Shown: one piece after another, positions 53,960 through 63,324 of the stretch | Position numbering within the stretch: position 1 is the first letter of the stretch | Layout: the number at the start of each line of letters is the position of its first letter | From: Bacillota bacterium | GTDB taxonomy: Bacteria > Bacillota_I > Bacilli_A > RF39 > UBA660 | DNA length: 64,000 nucleotides | Assembly: GCA_015059435.1 (NCBI GenBank) | Contig: SVAJ01000001.1 | Span: 156,657 to 220,656, forward strand | Direction: 5' to 3' | Program-made: the position numbers and the translations under genes | The notes under the pieces: generated by a model | The model's input: the letters and a program-made list of their open reading frames with translations, nothing else | Told to the model about the DNA's origin: nothing | Database searches by the model: none

Positions 53960-54649
53960 CTAGGGATTTAAAATATTATTATCATAGAAACTAAAGAACA
54001 CATCATCTCCTACTATTATGTGATCGAGTATAGGAATTCCTTGTATTTTACCTATTTCTACTAAATTTTCTGTAAATCTAATATCTTCTCTACTTGGTCT
54101 TATATCATTAGATGGATGGTTATGCATACATACTATTGATGATGCACTTAATTTGTATGCTTCTTTAAATATTTCTCTTGGATGAGTAATACTACTATTT
54201 ATTGTTCCCATAAACAATAACTTCCTTTCTATTAATTCTTGTTTATTATTAAAATATAAACAATAAAAATATTCTTGTTTTAATCCATTAAATAGGTATT
54301 TTGAATCTTCCCATATAGACTCGGCATTTACTAATCTTTTTTTATTATTATTCTTTTTTAGAAATATTCTCTTACCTAATTCAATAGATGCAATTAATTC
54401 TATTGCTTTTACTTCTCCCATTCCTTTAATATTAATCAACTTATTAATAGTTATATCTTTTAACTCATCAATACTATATTCCTTTAAAATATCTAATGAT
54501 AAGTCATTTACTGATTTATTTTTAGTACCTGTTTTTAATATAATTGCAAGTAATTCTTTATCACTTAAATTAGATACTCCTACTTCTTTTAATCTTTCTC
54601 TTGGACGTTCTAGTTTTGGTATTTCTTTTATTGTATAACTCATATTCAC
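53960..54649 (-). CDS. radC: RadC-family JAMM protein
   Basis: N-terminal HhH (RPRERL...LSDKELLAIIL.TG) and the JAMM motif HNHPSNDIRPSREDI. Confidence 0.88.
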   Translation of the reverse strand: MNMSYTIKEIPKLERPRERLKEVGVSNLSDKELLAIILKTGTKNKSVNDLSLDILKEYSIDELKDITINKLINIKGMGEVKAIELIASIELGKRIFLKKNNNKKRLVNAESIWEDSKYLFNGLKQEYFYCLYFNNKQELIERKLLFMGTINSSITHPREIFKEAYKLSASSIVCMHNHPSNDIRPSREDIRFTENLVEIGKIQGIPILDHIIVGDDVFFSFYDNNILNP

Positions 54650-54684
54650 CTCTATTATATTATTAGCAATTAACTTATCTTTTA

Positions 54685-55131
54685 CTAATTTTTTTCATAT
54701 ATTTCTTCATAATTAGATAAAATAACTTCTTCTATTTTTAAAATATCTTCGTTACTATTACTACTTCTAATTAGTAAATCAAATTGTTCTAAATTGTTAG
54801 AAAACTCTTCATTATCAACACTAATTTCTTTAATAAATGTTTGATATCCTATTCTTTCATAAATATTACGGATTTTTTTAGCAATTTCTAAATCTTTACT
54901 AATTCCAACATATACATAGTATTTGTCATTTTTATGAATGATGGCTTTATTTTTTATTTCTTTTATATTTTCATTCATAATATCTTTAGAAGAATATACT
55001 CCTTCTTGAACAAAATAGTATATGTTTTTTTCTTTAAAAATACTTTTTACTTTTGGATTATGTTCTAAGTAGTTTCCTATTACTATACCAAGTACAATAA
55101 ATGTTATTGCATAAACAAATGTTTTTTTCAT
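54685..55131 (-). CDS. Membrane-anchored SPOR-like domain protein
   Basis: TM anchor plus YYFVQEGVYSSKDIMNENIKEI...YYVYVGISKDLEIAKKI, which resembles a SPOR repeat. This is a weak assignment. Confidence 0.35.
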   Translation of the reverse strand: MKKTFVYAITFIVLGIVIGNYLEHNPKVKSIFKEKNIYYFVQEGVYSSKDIMNENIKEIKNKAIIHKNDKYYVYVGISKDLEIAKKIRNIYERIGYQTFIKEISVDNEEFSNNLEQFDLLIRSSNSNEDILKIEEVILSNYEEIYEKN

Positions 55132-55219
55132 CTTATCACCAAATACATAGTAACAATAATTTAGTGCTTTTTTTGTCGAAAAAAAAAGACTGTAAAATTT
55201 ATTTACAAATCTTTAGTTA

Positions 55220-55399
55220 TTATTCAGCTACGTCAACTACTATTACGTTTGCTTGTTTTACAGGTTCTTTTCCTGGATATGTCTTTTCAACTTCATAATA
55301 TACATAATAGTATCTATTTTTAGTGGCATCTAATGTATTACGTACAGCAGTACAAGAAAAAAAAGAAAAAAGTATATTATATAATATACTTTCTGGTTT
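55220..55399 (-). pseudogene. Start-less remnant of a small lipoprotein gene
   Basis: The minus-strand frame is open for 59 codons after a TGA at 55400-55402: KPESILYNILFSFFSCTAVRNTLDATKNRYYYVYYEVEKTYPGKEPVKQANVIVVDVAE*. It has a lipobox-like FFSC but no ATG, GTG or TTG and no basic n-region. Its 5' part overlaps the end of the phosphoesterase gene. Confidence 0.3.
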
Positions 55400-56222
55400 T
55401 CACCTTACTTATTTCATTATCTGAGATGTTATAACAATCAAATGAAAGTTCAACATCTTTTTTTTGTTTTTTGGAACTCATTATTACAAATCCAGCATTG
55501 GCATTTGTACTATCCATGAAACAGTCACATAATGGAGCTAATTTCATTTTTTGATTTCTAAAATAGAGATTATGAGCATGACCTAGAATTGTAAAATCTA
55601 TATCTAAGAATTCACTTTTATTCATAAGTGAATTATGTTCAAATGAAATAAGTTTATCAAATAATTTAAAATAAGCTTGATAGTATCCAATATTTTCTAT
55701 ATTTTTCTTTTCTTCTAATAGTTTTAATATATCCATATTTTTATCTTTATATCTTCTATCATGATTACCACCTAATAAATATTGTTTACAATGTTCAAAC
55801 TCTGGATATATATCTAATATATGAGAAACTTGTCTTTCATGAGTAGAATATTTTTTACTACACTCAACCATTCCATCTCCTATATCTCCACCATGTAATA
55901 AATATTTTATATTGTTGTCATCTATAAATTGTTTTGTTTTCTCTATGTAATCTAAATTTTCATAAATACTCGCTAAATGAGTATCAGAAATGATTATAGT
56001 TTTTTTACCACCAAAATTGGCAAAACTAAGATTATTTAAATATTCTTGTGTTAAATTAAATTTTATATGATATGGAAGTTTTAAATCCGTAGTAATTAAT
56101 TTATTTAGTGCTAGTAGAAGTTCACTTTTTGAATAATCACTTTCTCTAACTATTTCTTGGAAGTTATAGCCATCTTCTGCCATATCAATTATTTGGCTAT
56201 ACTTTTCGATTGGACTTCGCAT
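55377..56222 (-). CDS. Calcineurin-like metallophosphoesterase with an ~65-aa N-terminal helical extension
   Basis: Motifs ISDTHL, GGDIGDG, GGNHD and GHAH. Start at MRSPIEK with an AGGGGTGAGG SD. Confidence 0.8.
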   Translation of the reverse strand: MRSPIEKYSQIIDMAEDGYNFQEIVRESDYSKSELLLALNKLITTDLKLPYHIKFNLTQEYLNNLSFANFGGKKTIIISDTHLASIYENLDYIEKTKQFIDDNNIKYLLHGGDIGDGMVECSKKYSTHERQVSHILDIYPEFEHCKQYLLGGNHDRRYKDKNMDILKLLEEKKNIENIGYYQAYFKLFDKLISFEHNSLMNKSEFLDIDFTILGHAHNLYFRNQKMKLAPLCDCFMDSTNANAGFVIMSSKKQKKDVELSFDCYNISDNEISKVKTRKYII

Positions 56223-56276
56223 AACCTCACCCCTTAAACTTGCGCTTATTATAACATAAAAGTCGTTTTTTTTCAA

Positions 56277-56301
56277 CAAAAAAAGAAGTATACCTACTTC
56301 T
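56277..56301 (-). terminator. Terminator of the ABC-2 transporter operon
   Basis: Minus strand: stem AGAAGTA, loop GGTA, stem TACTTCT, followed by TTTTTTGTT. Confidence 0.7.
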
Positions 56302-56315
56302 TTCATTTGTATTTT

Positions 56316-57110
56316 TTATATTCTAGCAATCATTAAATTACTAGATGAATATCTTTTAAGTCCTTTAAAGAATACTATAAATGCAAACGTAATAAATAAT
56401 ATAGTTATTAATAATAGTAATAGTAGTAATGATAATTTAAATTTTAACATTACTTTTAGTGGTAAATAAATTACAAATCCTACTGGTACTAATGTATATA
56501 GAAGTATTTTAACTAATCCTTTAAAAATACCATCTGGATATGTAGAAAAGTTAATCATTAAACTATTACCAGTATCTGCAATTAAATCAGATTTTTGAAA
56601 CCAAAAACTTAAACTTGATAAAATAACTGAAATACTAGTTACTATAATTCCTCCTAAAGCAACAAATAAAGTGAATAGTATGAATCTAGGTATTGTAAAT
56701 CCATATACAAATAATATTATGTATGCATATAGTAAATCTCCTAAGGCAGATGCTTCTACATCTGTTGTGATAGCAGATAATAATACATTTTTAGGTTGTA
56801 CTAAATATGAATCAAGTTTTCCGTTATTTATGGTATCAGATAGACTAAATGCTTTTTTGAAGAAAAATCTAGAAAAACCATAAACACCTGAAGTTAATCC
56901 CCATAATAGTAAAACTTGTTTTAGGCCATATCCACCAATATTTTTTTTCAATGAGAAAAAGATAATCCATTGAATAATGAAACTGGCATTATTTAAAATC
57001 ATGAATAAAACATTAGTTGTGAATGTTACTTTATTTAACATTTCTCTCATTATGGCATATTTAATTGATAAAAATGATATTTTAAATTGATTTTTAACCT
57101 CCGTTAACAT
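56316..57110 (-). CDS. ABC-2 family transporter permease
   Basis: 264 aa with six predicted TM helices. It overlaps the preceding permease gene by 17 nt. Confidence 0.7.
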   Translation of the reverse strand: MLTEVKNQFKISFLSIKYAIMREMLNKVTFTTNVLFMILNNASFIIQWIIFFSLKKNIGGYGLKQVLLLWGLTSGVYGFSRFFFKKAFSLSDTINNGKLDSYLVQPKNVLLSAITTDVEASALGDLLYAYIILFVYGFTIPRFILFTLFVALGGIIVTSISVILSSLSFWFQKSDLIADTGNSLMINFSTYPDGIFKGLVKILLYTLVPVGFVIYLPLKVMLKFKLSLLLLLLLITILFITFAFIVFFKGLKRYSSSNLMIARI

Positions 57111-57912
57111 TTAATCTCTTCACCCCTTTCTTATATAACATACTACATAATCCATAACCAATTATTATGTATATAACTTGAGCTATAAATAATTTAATAA
57201 ATAAATCCCATGTAAAACTTGTGAATAGTTTTGCCGGTCCATAAGATACAGCATATATTGGACTATAATTTAAAAATGGTTGCATTACCTTTGGGAAGTA
57301 TTCTATTGGGAATAATGTTCCAAGTACTAGTATAAATTTACTATATACCCAGAAAAATGGATTTGAATCTTCCACATAAAATGAGAATAGTCCTATAAAT
57401 GTAATAAGTAATGTACTTATAACAGTAGCTAATATTCCTGTAATTATAATTATTACTGCTTCTATTATTGTTATAGATGGTATTGTACCTAAGAACATTA
57501 ATCCTACTAGAATTCCTAATACTGTATAAATTAAGGCTTTGATAGCTACACTACCTAGATGATTAGCTAATGAGTATCCTATATAGTTATATGGTTTATT
57601 AATGTTATATGCAATATTACCACTTCGTACATCTTCACTTATCTTTCTACATAATTTTCTACCATTAGCTACACTCCATAATATTTCAGTAACAATTACA
57701 TACCAAATCATTTGGTTCATAGTATATCCATTTATAATTTGACTTTTATCACTATAGATATATTGCCATACATTTAAAAAGATAAAAATATGAATAAAAT
57801 ATCCTATAAAACCTGTAAATGTATTAAATACATACTGCAAATTACTCATTAATTCTGATTTAAATATAAATATATATTTTCTCATATTAATCCTCTTCCT
57901 TATAAATATCAC
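57094..57912 (-). CDS. ABC-2 family transporter permease
   Basis: 272-aa polytopic protein that overlaps the ATPase gene by 26 nt. Confidence 0.7.
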   Translation of the reverse strand: MIFIRKRINMRKYIFIFKSELMSNLQYVFNTFTGFIGYFIHIFIFLNVWQYIYSDKSQIINGYTMNQMIWYVIVTEILWSVANGRKLCRKISEDVRSGNIAYNINKPYNYIGYSLANHLGSVAIKALIYTVLGILVGLMFLGTIPSITIIEAVIIIITGILATVISTLLITFIGLFSFYVEDSNPFFWVYSKFILVLGTLFPIEYFPKVMQPFLNYSPIYAVSYGPAKLFTSFTWDLFIKLFIAQVIYIIIGYGLCSMLYKKGVKRLNVNGG

Positions 57913-58864
57913 TTATAATTGTTTCAAGTGGAATATTAGAAATATTTATATCTATTATGTTATCAGGATTTAAAAGTTTTATAGCATCTGTTACATTCTT
58001 TTTAGTTGTATCTATTTCTAATTTTAAGTTATAACCTTTATCTTTTAGAATAGTTATACCATCTTCATCTTCTAAATTTACTTTTTCTTTCATTTTTACT
58101 TCAACTATTTTTTTATTTAAATAATGATATTTTAAGTTTTCCATAGAATCATCTAATACTATTTGACCTTTATTTACGATAATAACTCTTTTACATAATT
58201 TTTCAATATCACCTACATCGTGACTTGTTAAAAAGATAGTTGTTTTATATTCTTTATTCATTCGTTTTATTAAAGTTCTAATATTTTCTTTAACGACTGG
58301 ATCAAGTCCTATAGTTGGTTCATCTAGAAATAAAACTTTTGGTTCATGAATAAGGGAAGCAACTATTTCACAACGTATTCTTTGACCTAAACTTAGATTA
58401 CGTACTGGAGTATCTATAAACTCATCTAACTCAAATAATTCTCTTAATTCTTGGATTTTCTTTTCTACTCGTGAATCAGGTATATCATAAATAGCTCCAA
58501 AAAATTTAAAATTGTCATATGGAGTTAAGTGTGTCCATAACTGTTCCTTTTGTCCAAAAACAGTACCTATTTGATATGCAAGTTGTTTTCTATTCTTTGT
58601 TGGATCAATATCTAATACTCTTATATCTCCTTTATCTGGATATAAAATACCTGTAAGCATTTTTATTGTTGTACTTTTACCTGCTCCATTAGGACCAATA
58701 AAGGCTATCATTTCTCCTTTTTCAACTTTAAAATTAATATTCTTAACTGCTTTTACTTTTTTATATTTAGGTTTTACTATTGATTTTAAGCTTCCTTTAA
58801 AACCTTTTTCTTTTATTTTTACTTTAAACTCTTTTGATAAATGTTTAACTTCTATTATAGACAT
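57887..58864 (-). CDS. ABC transporter ATP-binding protein (ABC-2 subfamily, with a C-terminal accessory domain)
   Basis: Walker A GPNGAGKST, signature LSLGQRIRCEI, Walker B LFLDEPTIGLD. Confidence 0.9.
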   Translation of the reverse strand: MSIIEVKHLSKEFKVKIKEKGFKGSLKSIVKPKYKKVKAVKNINFKVEKGEMIAFIGPNGAGKSTTIKMLTGILYPDKGDIRVLDIDPTKNRKQLAYQIGTVFGQKEQLWTHLTPYDNFKFFGAIYDIPDSRVEKKIQELRELFELDEFIDTPVRNLSLGQRIRCEIVASLIHEPKVLFLDEPTIGLDPVVKENIRTLIKRMNKEYKTTIFLTSHDVGDIEKLCKRVIIVNKGQIVLDDSMENLKYHYLNKKIVEVKMKEKVNLEDEDGITILKDKGYNLKLEIDTTKKNVTDAIKLLNPDNIIDINISNIPLETIISDIYKEED

Positions 58865-58916
58865 AAATTTCTCTCCTTTCTTATTTCTTTTTATTATTTA
58901 TACGTGTAAAAAAATA

Positions 58917-59016
58917 CAAAAAAAGCCACGAATAAATTTCGTGACTCCAATTACTAAAATTGTGTAGGCATAAAACCCGAGATAGCTCACACTAGGTGCT
59001 TATATCCCCTCACTTG
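58917..59016 (-). promoter_or_regulatory. Unclassified ~100-nt structured leader or small RNA ending in a strong intrinsic terminator, upstream of the ABC-2 operon
   Basis: The predicted transcript reads GCACAAGTGAGGGGATATAAGCACCTAGTGTGAGCTATCTCGGGTTTTATGCCTACACAATTTTAGTAATTGGAGTCACGAAATTTATTCGTGGCTTTTTTTG. Visible helices are GTGTGAGC/GCCTACAC, CAATT/AATTG, and the terminator AGTCACGAA/TTCGTGGCT followed by a U-run. It matches no riboswitch class that I can recognise. Confidence 0.45.
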
Positions 59017-59022
59017 TGCAAA

Positions 59023-59050
59023 ATTATATCACATTTTTATTATTTGTCAA
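59023..59050 (-). promoter_or_regulatory. Near-consensus sigma-A promoter immediately after the valS stop
   Basis: Minus strand: -35 TTGACA (59050-59045), a 16-nt spacer, and an extended -10 TGATATAAT (-10 at 59028-59023). Confidence 0.65.
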
Positions 59051-59057
59051 ATTTTTA

Positions 59058-61592
59058 TCACTTTTCTAATAGATTATTTAATCTTTCTTCCTCTTCTTGA
59101 AGACGTTTTCTATCAGCTTCTACTATGTTAGCAGGAGCTTTATTTACATAGTTTTCATTAGCTAATAATTTCTTTCTTCTAGCAATTGATTCTTGTAGTG
59201 CAATTATCTCTTTTTCTTTTAATGATTCATCTACTTCATCTGCTTTATGGAAATATGTAATATCAATAGTTGATGATTTATAATTAGATGTAGTTAATCC
59301 TTCTACATTTTCTGTAGTAATATTTTCATCATTAATTTTTAATTGTGATGCATATATTGTATAAAGTTCTGGAAGACATGTTATTTTTACTAATGCATCT
59401 TTCTTAATATTATTATTTAATTTTAATGTTCTGATAGATACAATATCTTGTAATACTTTTTCTAATTTTTCTGTTTCTTTTTCGAACACTTCATTCTTAT
59501 TATATTTTGGATATGTTGAAATCATTATAGATTCATGTTCTTTTATTGGTAACATACTATAAATTTCTTCAGTAACATATGGCATAAATGGATGAAGTAA
59601 TTTTAATATTGTAGTAAGTACATCTAATAGAACTGCTTTTGTATTAGTATTCATATTAGCTTTAGAAAGTTCAATATACCAGTCACAGAATTTATTCCAT
59701 GTGAAGTCATATACTAAGTTTCCAACGTTATGGAAATTATAATTATTCATGTTTCTAATTACTGTTTTAATTAGATTATTCTTTTCTGTTAAAATCCATT
59801 TATCACTTAATGTTAATTCATCAATGTTATATTTTTCTACTGATAAATCTTCTATATTCATTAATACATAACGTGATGCATTCCATAGTTTATTTATGAA
59901 ATTCCATGTTGATTTTACTTTATCTTCATCATATCTTAAATCCATTCCTGGAGCACTATTAGTTGATAAGAAGAAACGAAGTGAATCTGCTCCATACTCA
60001 TCAATTACATCCATTGGATCTACTCCATTACCAAGTGACTTAGACATTTTTCTTCCTTGTTTATCACGAATTAATCCATGGATAAAGCAGTCTTCAAATG
60101 GTCTTTTATCTAGGAAATGTAATCCTTGGAAAGTCATTCTATTTACCCAGAATGGTATAATGTCATATCCTGTAACCATTACATCATTTGGATAATATCT
60201 TTTTAATAAATCAGTTGATTCTGGCCAACCTAGAGTTGCGAAAGGCCATAGTGCACTTGAGAACCATGTATCAAGTACGTCATTATCTTGTATCCAACCT
60301 TCTTCAGTAGGAGCTTCCATTCCTACATAAACTTCTTCTCCTTTATACCATGCAGGTATTCTATGTCCCCACCAAAGTTGACGAGAAATACACCAATCAT
60401 ATGTAATTTCCATCCAGTGATTCATAGTCTTTTCATATCTTGGTGGTACAAAGTTAACCTTATTATCTTTATCTTTTTGATTATCTAAAACTCTATCAGC
60501 TAAACCTCTCATCTTAACAAACCATTGTTTAGATAAATATGGTTCTACTACTGCATCTGTTCTTTCACTATGTCCAACTGAGTGAGTCATTTCTTCTATA
60601 CTAAGAAGTAATCCTTCATCTTTTAAATCTTTAAGTAATTCTTCTCTACATTTCTCACGAGAAAGTCCTTTATATTTACCAGCATTTTCATTCATTGTAG
60701 CATCTGGATTCATTACAACAACGCGTTCTAGATTATGACGATTACCTACTTCAAAGTCGTTAGGATCATGAGCAGGAGTAATTTTAACACAACCTGTTCC
60801 AAATTCTGGATCAGCATGTTCGTCTCCTACTATAGGTATCTTTTTACCAATTACAGGTAATATTACATTTTTACCAATTAAATGTTTATATCTTTCATCT
60901 TCTGGATTAACTGCTACTGCTGTATCACCAAATAATGTTTCTGGACGTGTAGTTGCTACATCTAGATACTCATCTGTACCATCTATTATATATTTTAAAT
61001 GATAGAATGCTCCTGGATCATCCTTATAAATAACTTCTTCTGTTGATAGAGCTGTTTGAGCAACTGGATCCCAGTTTATAATTCTTTCTCCTCTATAGAT
61101 TAATCCTTCATTATATAAATCAACAAATACTTTTTTTACTGCTTCTGTTAACCCTTCATCTAGAGTAAATCTTTCTTTTGTGTAATCTAGAGACAATCCT
61201 AATTTACCCCATTGTTTACGAATTATTGATTTATGTTCATTAGTCCAATCCCAGCATGCTTCTAAGAATTTTTCTCTTCCTACTGCATTTTTATCTTTAC
61301 CTTCACCACGTAATTTTGCTGCTACTTTAGCTTCTGTTGCGATAGCGGCATGATCCATACCTGGTAACCATAATGCATCATACCCTTGCATTCTTTTATA
61401 ACGAATTATAATATCTTGTAATGTCATATCCCATGCATGACCAATATGTAGTTTTCCTGTTACGTTTGGTGGTGGACAAACTATACAAAATGGTTTCTTA
61501 TCTGTATTTCCACTTTCAAAATATCCTTTTTCCATCCACTTATTATATTTATCTTTTTCTACATCTATATGATTATATTTTTTTTCTAACAT
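59058..61592 (-). CDS. valS: Valine--tRNA ligase
   Basis: HIGH ([12 protein letters not shown]), KMSKS, a CP1 editing domain and a C-terminal coiled coil. It ends in TGA. Confidence 0.96.
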   Translation of the reverse strand: MLEKKYNHIDVEKDKYNKWMEKGYFESGNTDKKPFCIVCPPPNVTGKLHIGHAWDMTLQDIIIRYKRMQGYDALWLPGMDHAAIATEAKVAAKLRGEGKDKNAVGREKFLEACWDWTNEHKSIIRKQWGKLGLSLDYTKERFTLDEGLTEAVKKVFVDLYNEGLIYRGERIINWDPVAQTALSTEEVIYKDDPGAFYHLKYIIDGTDEYLDVATTRPETLFGDTAVAVNPEDERYKHLIGKNVILPVIGKKIPIVGDEHADPEFGTGCVKITPAHDPNDFEVGNRHNLERVVVMNPDATMNENAGKYKGLSREKCREELLKDLKDEGLLLSIEEMTHSVGHSERTDAVVEPYLSKQWFVKMRGLADRVLDNQKDKDNKVNFVPPRYEKTMNHWMEITYDWCISRQLWWGHRIPAWYKGEEVYVGMEAPTEEGWIQDNDVLDTWFSSALWPFATLGWPESTDLLKRYYPNDVMVTGYDIIPFWVNRMTFQGLHFLDKRPFEDCFIHGLIRDKQGRKMSKSLGNGVDPMDVIDEYGADSLRFFLSTNSAPGMDLRYDEDKVKSTWNFINKLWNASRYVLMNIEDLSVEKYNIDELTLSDKWILTEKNNLIKTVIRNMNNYNFHNVGNLVYDFTWNKFCDWYIELSKANMNTNTKAVLLDVLTTILKLLHPFMPYVTEEIYSMLPIKEHESIMISTYPKYNKNEVFEKETEKLEKVLQDIVSIRTLKLNNNIKKDALVKITCLPELYTIYASQLKINDENITTENVEGLTTSNYKSSTIDITYFHKADEVDESLKEKEIIALQESIARRKKLLANENYVNKAPANIVEADRKRLQEEEERLNNLLEK

Positions 61593-62370
61593 CTATATCA
61601 TTCCCTTCATCTATTGTTTTTTTATTTATGTATTCGTTGATAACACTTTCTATTTCAGTTAATTGATTTATAAACTCTTTATTTTCACTACTGTTTTTAT
61701 ACAAATTAATTTCTTTAGTGAGATAGTTTTTTTCTTTTAGAATTTCAAAACTTTTTTTGTAATTAAAATCAAAAGCAAATCCTAATGATATAGCAACTCT
61801 ATCTGCATTATTTTTAATATCTATTTTTTTAATTCCTTCTTTATTAATTAAACTTTGATAAATATTATTTGTCATTTTATCCATTCCTGGATTTATACTA
61901 ATATCACCTCTAGTATATAAATAAAGAATATCTAGTTTATCGGCATCACGAACTATATTTGTAAATAATCTTTCTTGTTCCATTAAAAATTCGGGTACTT
62001 GGTATTTATTATGATATTTAACACTATTTAATATTACTGAATCCCATTCATCATTCTCTATAAATTTTCTTAGTTGTTCACAATTATTATCAATTAGGAT
62101 TTTATATCCCATATCACCATGATCAATACTTTTTAAGTCATTAAATGTCTCATATTGTTTCCATTGTTCAAATCTACCAATATCATGAAGAAGCCCACAA
62201 ACTTTAGCTAAGGCTATTTCTTCTTCAGAAAAATTTAGACTTACTGCTATTTGTTCACATAAGTCCATGACTCGAAGAGTATGTTCTACTTTTAATACAC
62301 ATTTACTACTTAAATTAATATAATCATTTGTGTAATTTTTAAATTGTTCAATTGCTTTTTCTATATTCAT
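61573..62370 (-). CDS. HD-domain metal-dependent phosphohydrolase, first gene of the valS T-box operon
   Basis: H...HD...H...D pattern ([30 protein letters not shown]). The real start is MNIEKAIEQ (ATG 62370, GGAGATGA SD). The 25 extra codons in the track are the T-box terminator region. It overlaps valS by 20 nt. Confidence 0.75.
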   Translation of the reverse strand: MNIEKAIEQFKNYTNDYINLSSKCVLKVEHTLRVMDLCEQIAVSLNFSEEEIALAKVCGLLHDIGRFEQWKQYETFNDLKSIDHGDMGYKILIDNNCEQLRKFIENDEWDSVILNSVKYHNKYQVPEFLMEQERLFTNIVRDADKLDILYLYTRGDISINPGMDKMTNNIYQSLINKEGIKKIDIKNNADRVAISLGFAFDFNYKKSFEILKEKNYLTKEINLYKNSSENKEFINQLTEIESVINEYINKKTIDEGNDIDVRKKI

Positions 62371-62382
62371 ATAATCATCTCC

Positions 62383-62606
62383 AAAAAAAAGATTCATCCC
62401 TATAAGGACGAATCTTTCGTGGTACCACCTTAATTTATTACTCATAGTAATATCTTAATATTTATAACGGGATTAACCGGAATTATTTACTTAGTTTCAA
62501 TAATTATGCTCCTCTGCTACCTTCAATATCATTACTAGTTAATTTTCACCAACCATTAACTCTCTACGTAGTAATTAATATTTACTCCTCAGATTCAATG
62601 CATCTG
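62383..62606 (-). promoter_or_regulatory. T-box riboswitch leader, valine specifier (GUA)
   Basis: Minus strand features: GA/K-turn region TCTGAGGAGTAA; Stem I ATTACTA-CGTAGAGAG-TTAAT-GGTTGGTGAAA-ATTAA-C-TAGTAAT; specifier loop GAAG-GTA-G closed by CAGA/TCTG (GUA at 62518-62520); T-box AAATTAAGGTGGTACCACG; terminator AAGATTCGTCC/GGATGAATCTT followed by TTTTTTTT. Confidence 0.85.
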
Positions 62607-62612
62607 TTTTAA

Positions 62613-62641
62613 ATTATAACTTATTTTTTTGTTTTTTTCAA
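62613..62641 (-). promoter_or_regulatory. Promoter of the Val T-box operon
   Basis: Minus strand: -35 TTGAAA (62641-62636), a 17-nt spacer, and -10 TATAAT (62618-62613). Confidence 0.55.
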
Positions 62642-62649
62642 CTTTTTTA

Positions 62650-63324
62650 TTATGATATCTTTTCTACATCACTATAACTTTTACCTTTTAAATCTACTAA
62701 GGCTTTTTTTAGTGATAAGTTATTTAATAGTTGACCAGTTGATTCATCTAAAACCGTTTCACTTTTTTCTATTTGTTCTACTATATCCATTCCATCTATT
62801 ACTTTTCCAAATGCTGCATATTCTCCATCTAAATAATCTGCTTTATCAAGCATTATAAAGAATTGACTTCCAGCAGAATCATTATCTTGACTTCTTGCCA
62901 TTGATACGATTCCTTTTTCATGTTTTAATTTATTTTCGAACCCATTTGATGAAAATTCTCCTTTAATAGTATATCCAGGTCCACCTGTTCCAGTTCCTGT
63001 TGGATCTCCTCCTTGTAATACAAATCCAGGAACTAATCTATGGAAGGTATTATTGTCATAATAACCTTCTTTTACTAGTGAAATAAAATTATTAACTGTA
63101 TTAGGCGCAATGTCTGGATATAGTTCTATTACAACAGAACCATAATTTTTTATGTATAGCGCTACTACTGGATTTTCTGTTTTATAGTTTGATAATTCCA
63201 CTTCATTTTTATCTGTATTATAATCTATTCCTAAAAGTTTTTCTTCTTTACTATTACTACATCCAGTTAAAATAACAAAACTAGCGATTAAGACTAACAA
63301 AAATACTTTTTTAATTATTTTCAT
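62650..63324 (-). CDS. Cyclophilin-type peptidyl-prolyl cis-trans isomerase, lipoprotein
   Basis: Lipobox ILTGCSN and the cyclophilin core FHRLVPGFVLQGGDPTGTGTGGPGY...SAGSQFFI. Confidence 0.9.
   Translation of the reverse strand: MKIIKKVFLLVLIASFVILTGCSNSKEEKLLGIDYNTDKNEVELSNYKTENPVVALYIKNYGSVVIELYPDIAPNTVNNFISLVKEGYYDNNTFHRLVPGFVLQGGDPTGTGTGGPGYTIKGEFSSNGFENKLKHEKGIVSMARSQDNDSAGSQFFIMLDKADYLDGEYAAFGKVIDGMDIVEQIEKSETVLDESTGQLLNNLSLKKALVDLKGKSYSDVEKIS

Noticed and set aside
58957-58977. Five-codon leader peptide (AUG CCU ACA CAA UUU UAG, MPTQF) inside the unclassified leader, which would suggest ribosome-mediated attenuation
   Set aside because: There is no credible Shine-Dalgarno upstream (only GGG within a predicted helix). 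The mini-ORF shows no obvious relation to the terminator or antiterminator pairing. It is too short to distinguish from chance.
61593-62445. N-terminal extensions given by the ORF track for several genes: the HD protein to 62445, M23 peptidase to 5003, serpin to 20346, smc to 28087, pnp to 32318, phosphoesterase to 56306, RR to 41215, dinD to 10264
   Set aside because: In each case an internal ATG is preceded by a strong SD at 5-9 nt and the protein family begins there. The extended part lacks an SD, often starts at GTG/TTG, or overlaps an RNA element. The first 25 codons of the HD ORF are the T-box terminator.
62517-62524. Alternative reading of the valS-operon T-box specifier as GGU (Gly), by analogy with glyQS GAA-GGC-A
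   Set aside because: The loop reads GAAGGTAG before the closing helix CAGA. Placing the codon so that it is followed by one purine directly above the helix, which is the conserved geometry, gives GUA-G (Val). This also matches the downstream valS. The Gly register leaves an extra nucleotide. The question would be settled by comparison with curated T-box alignments.
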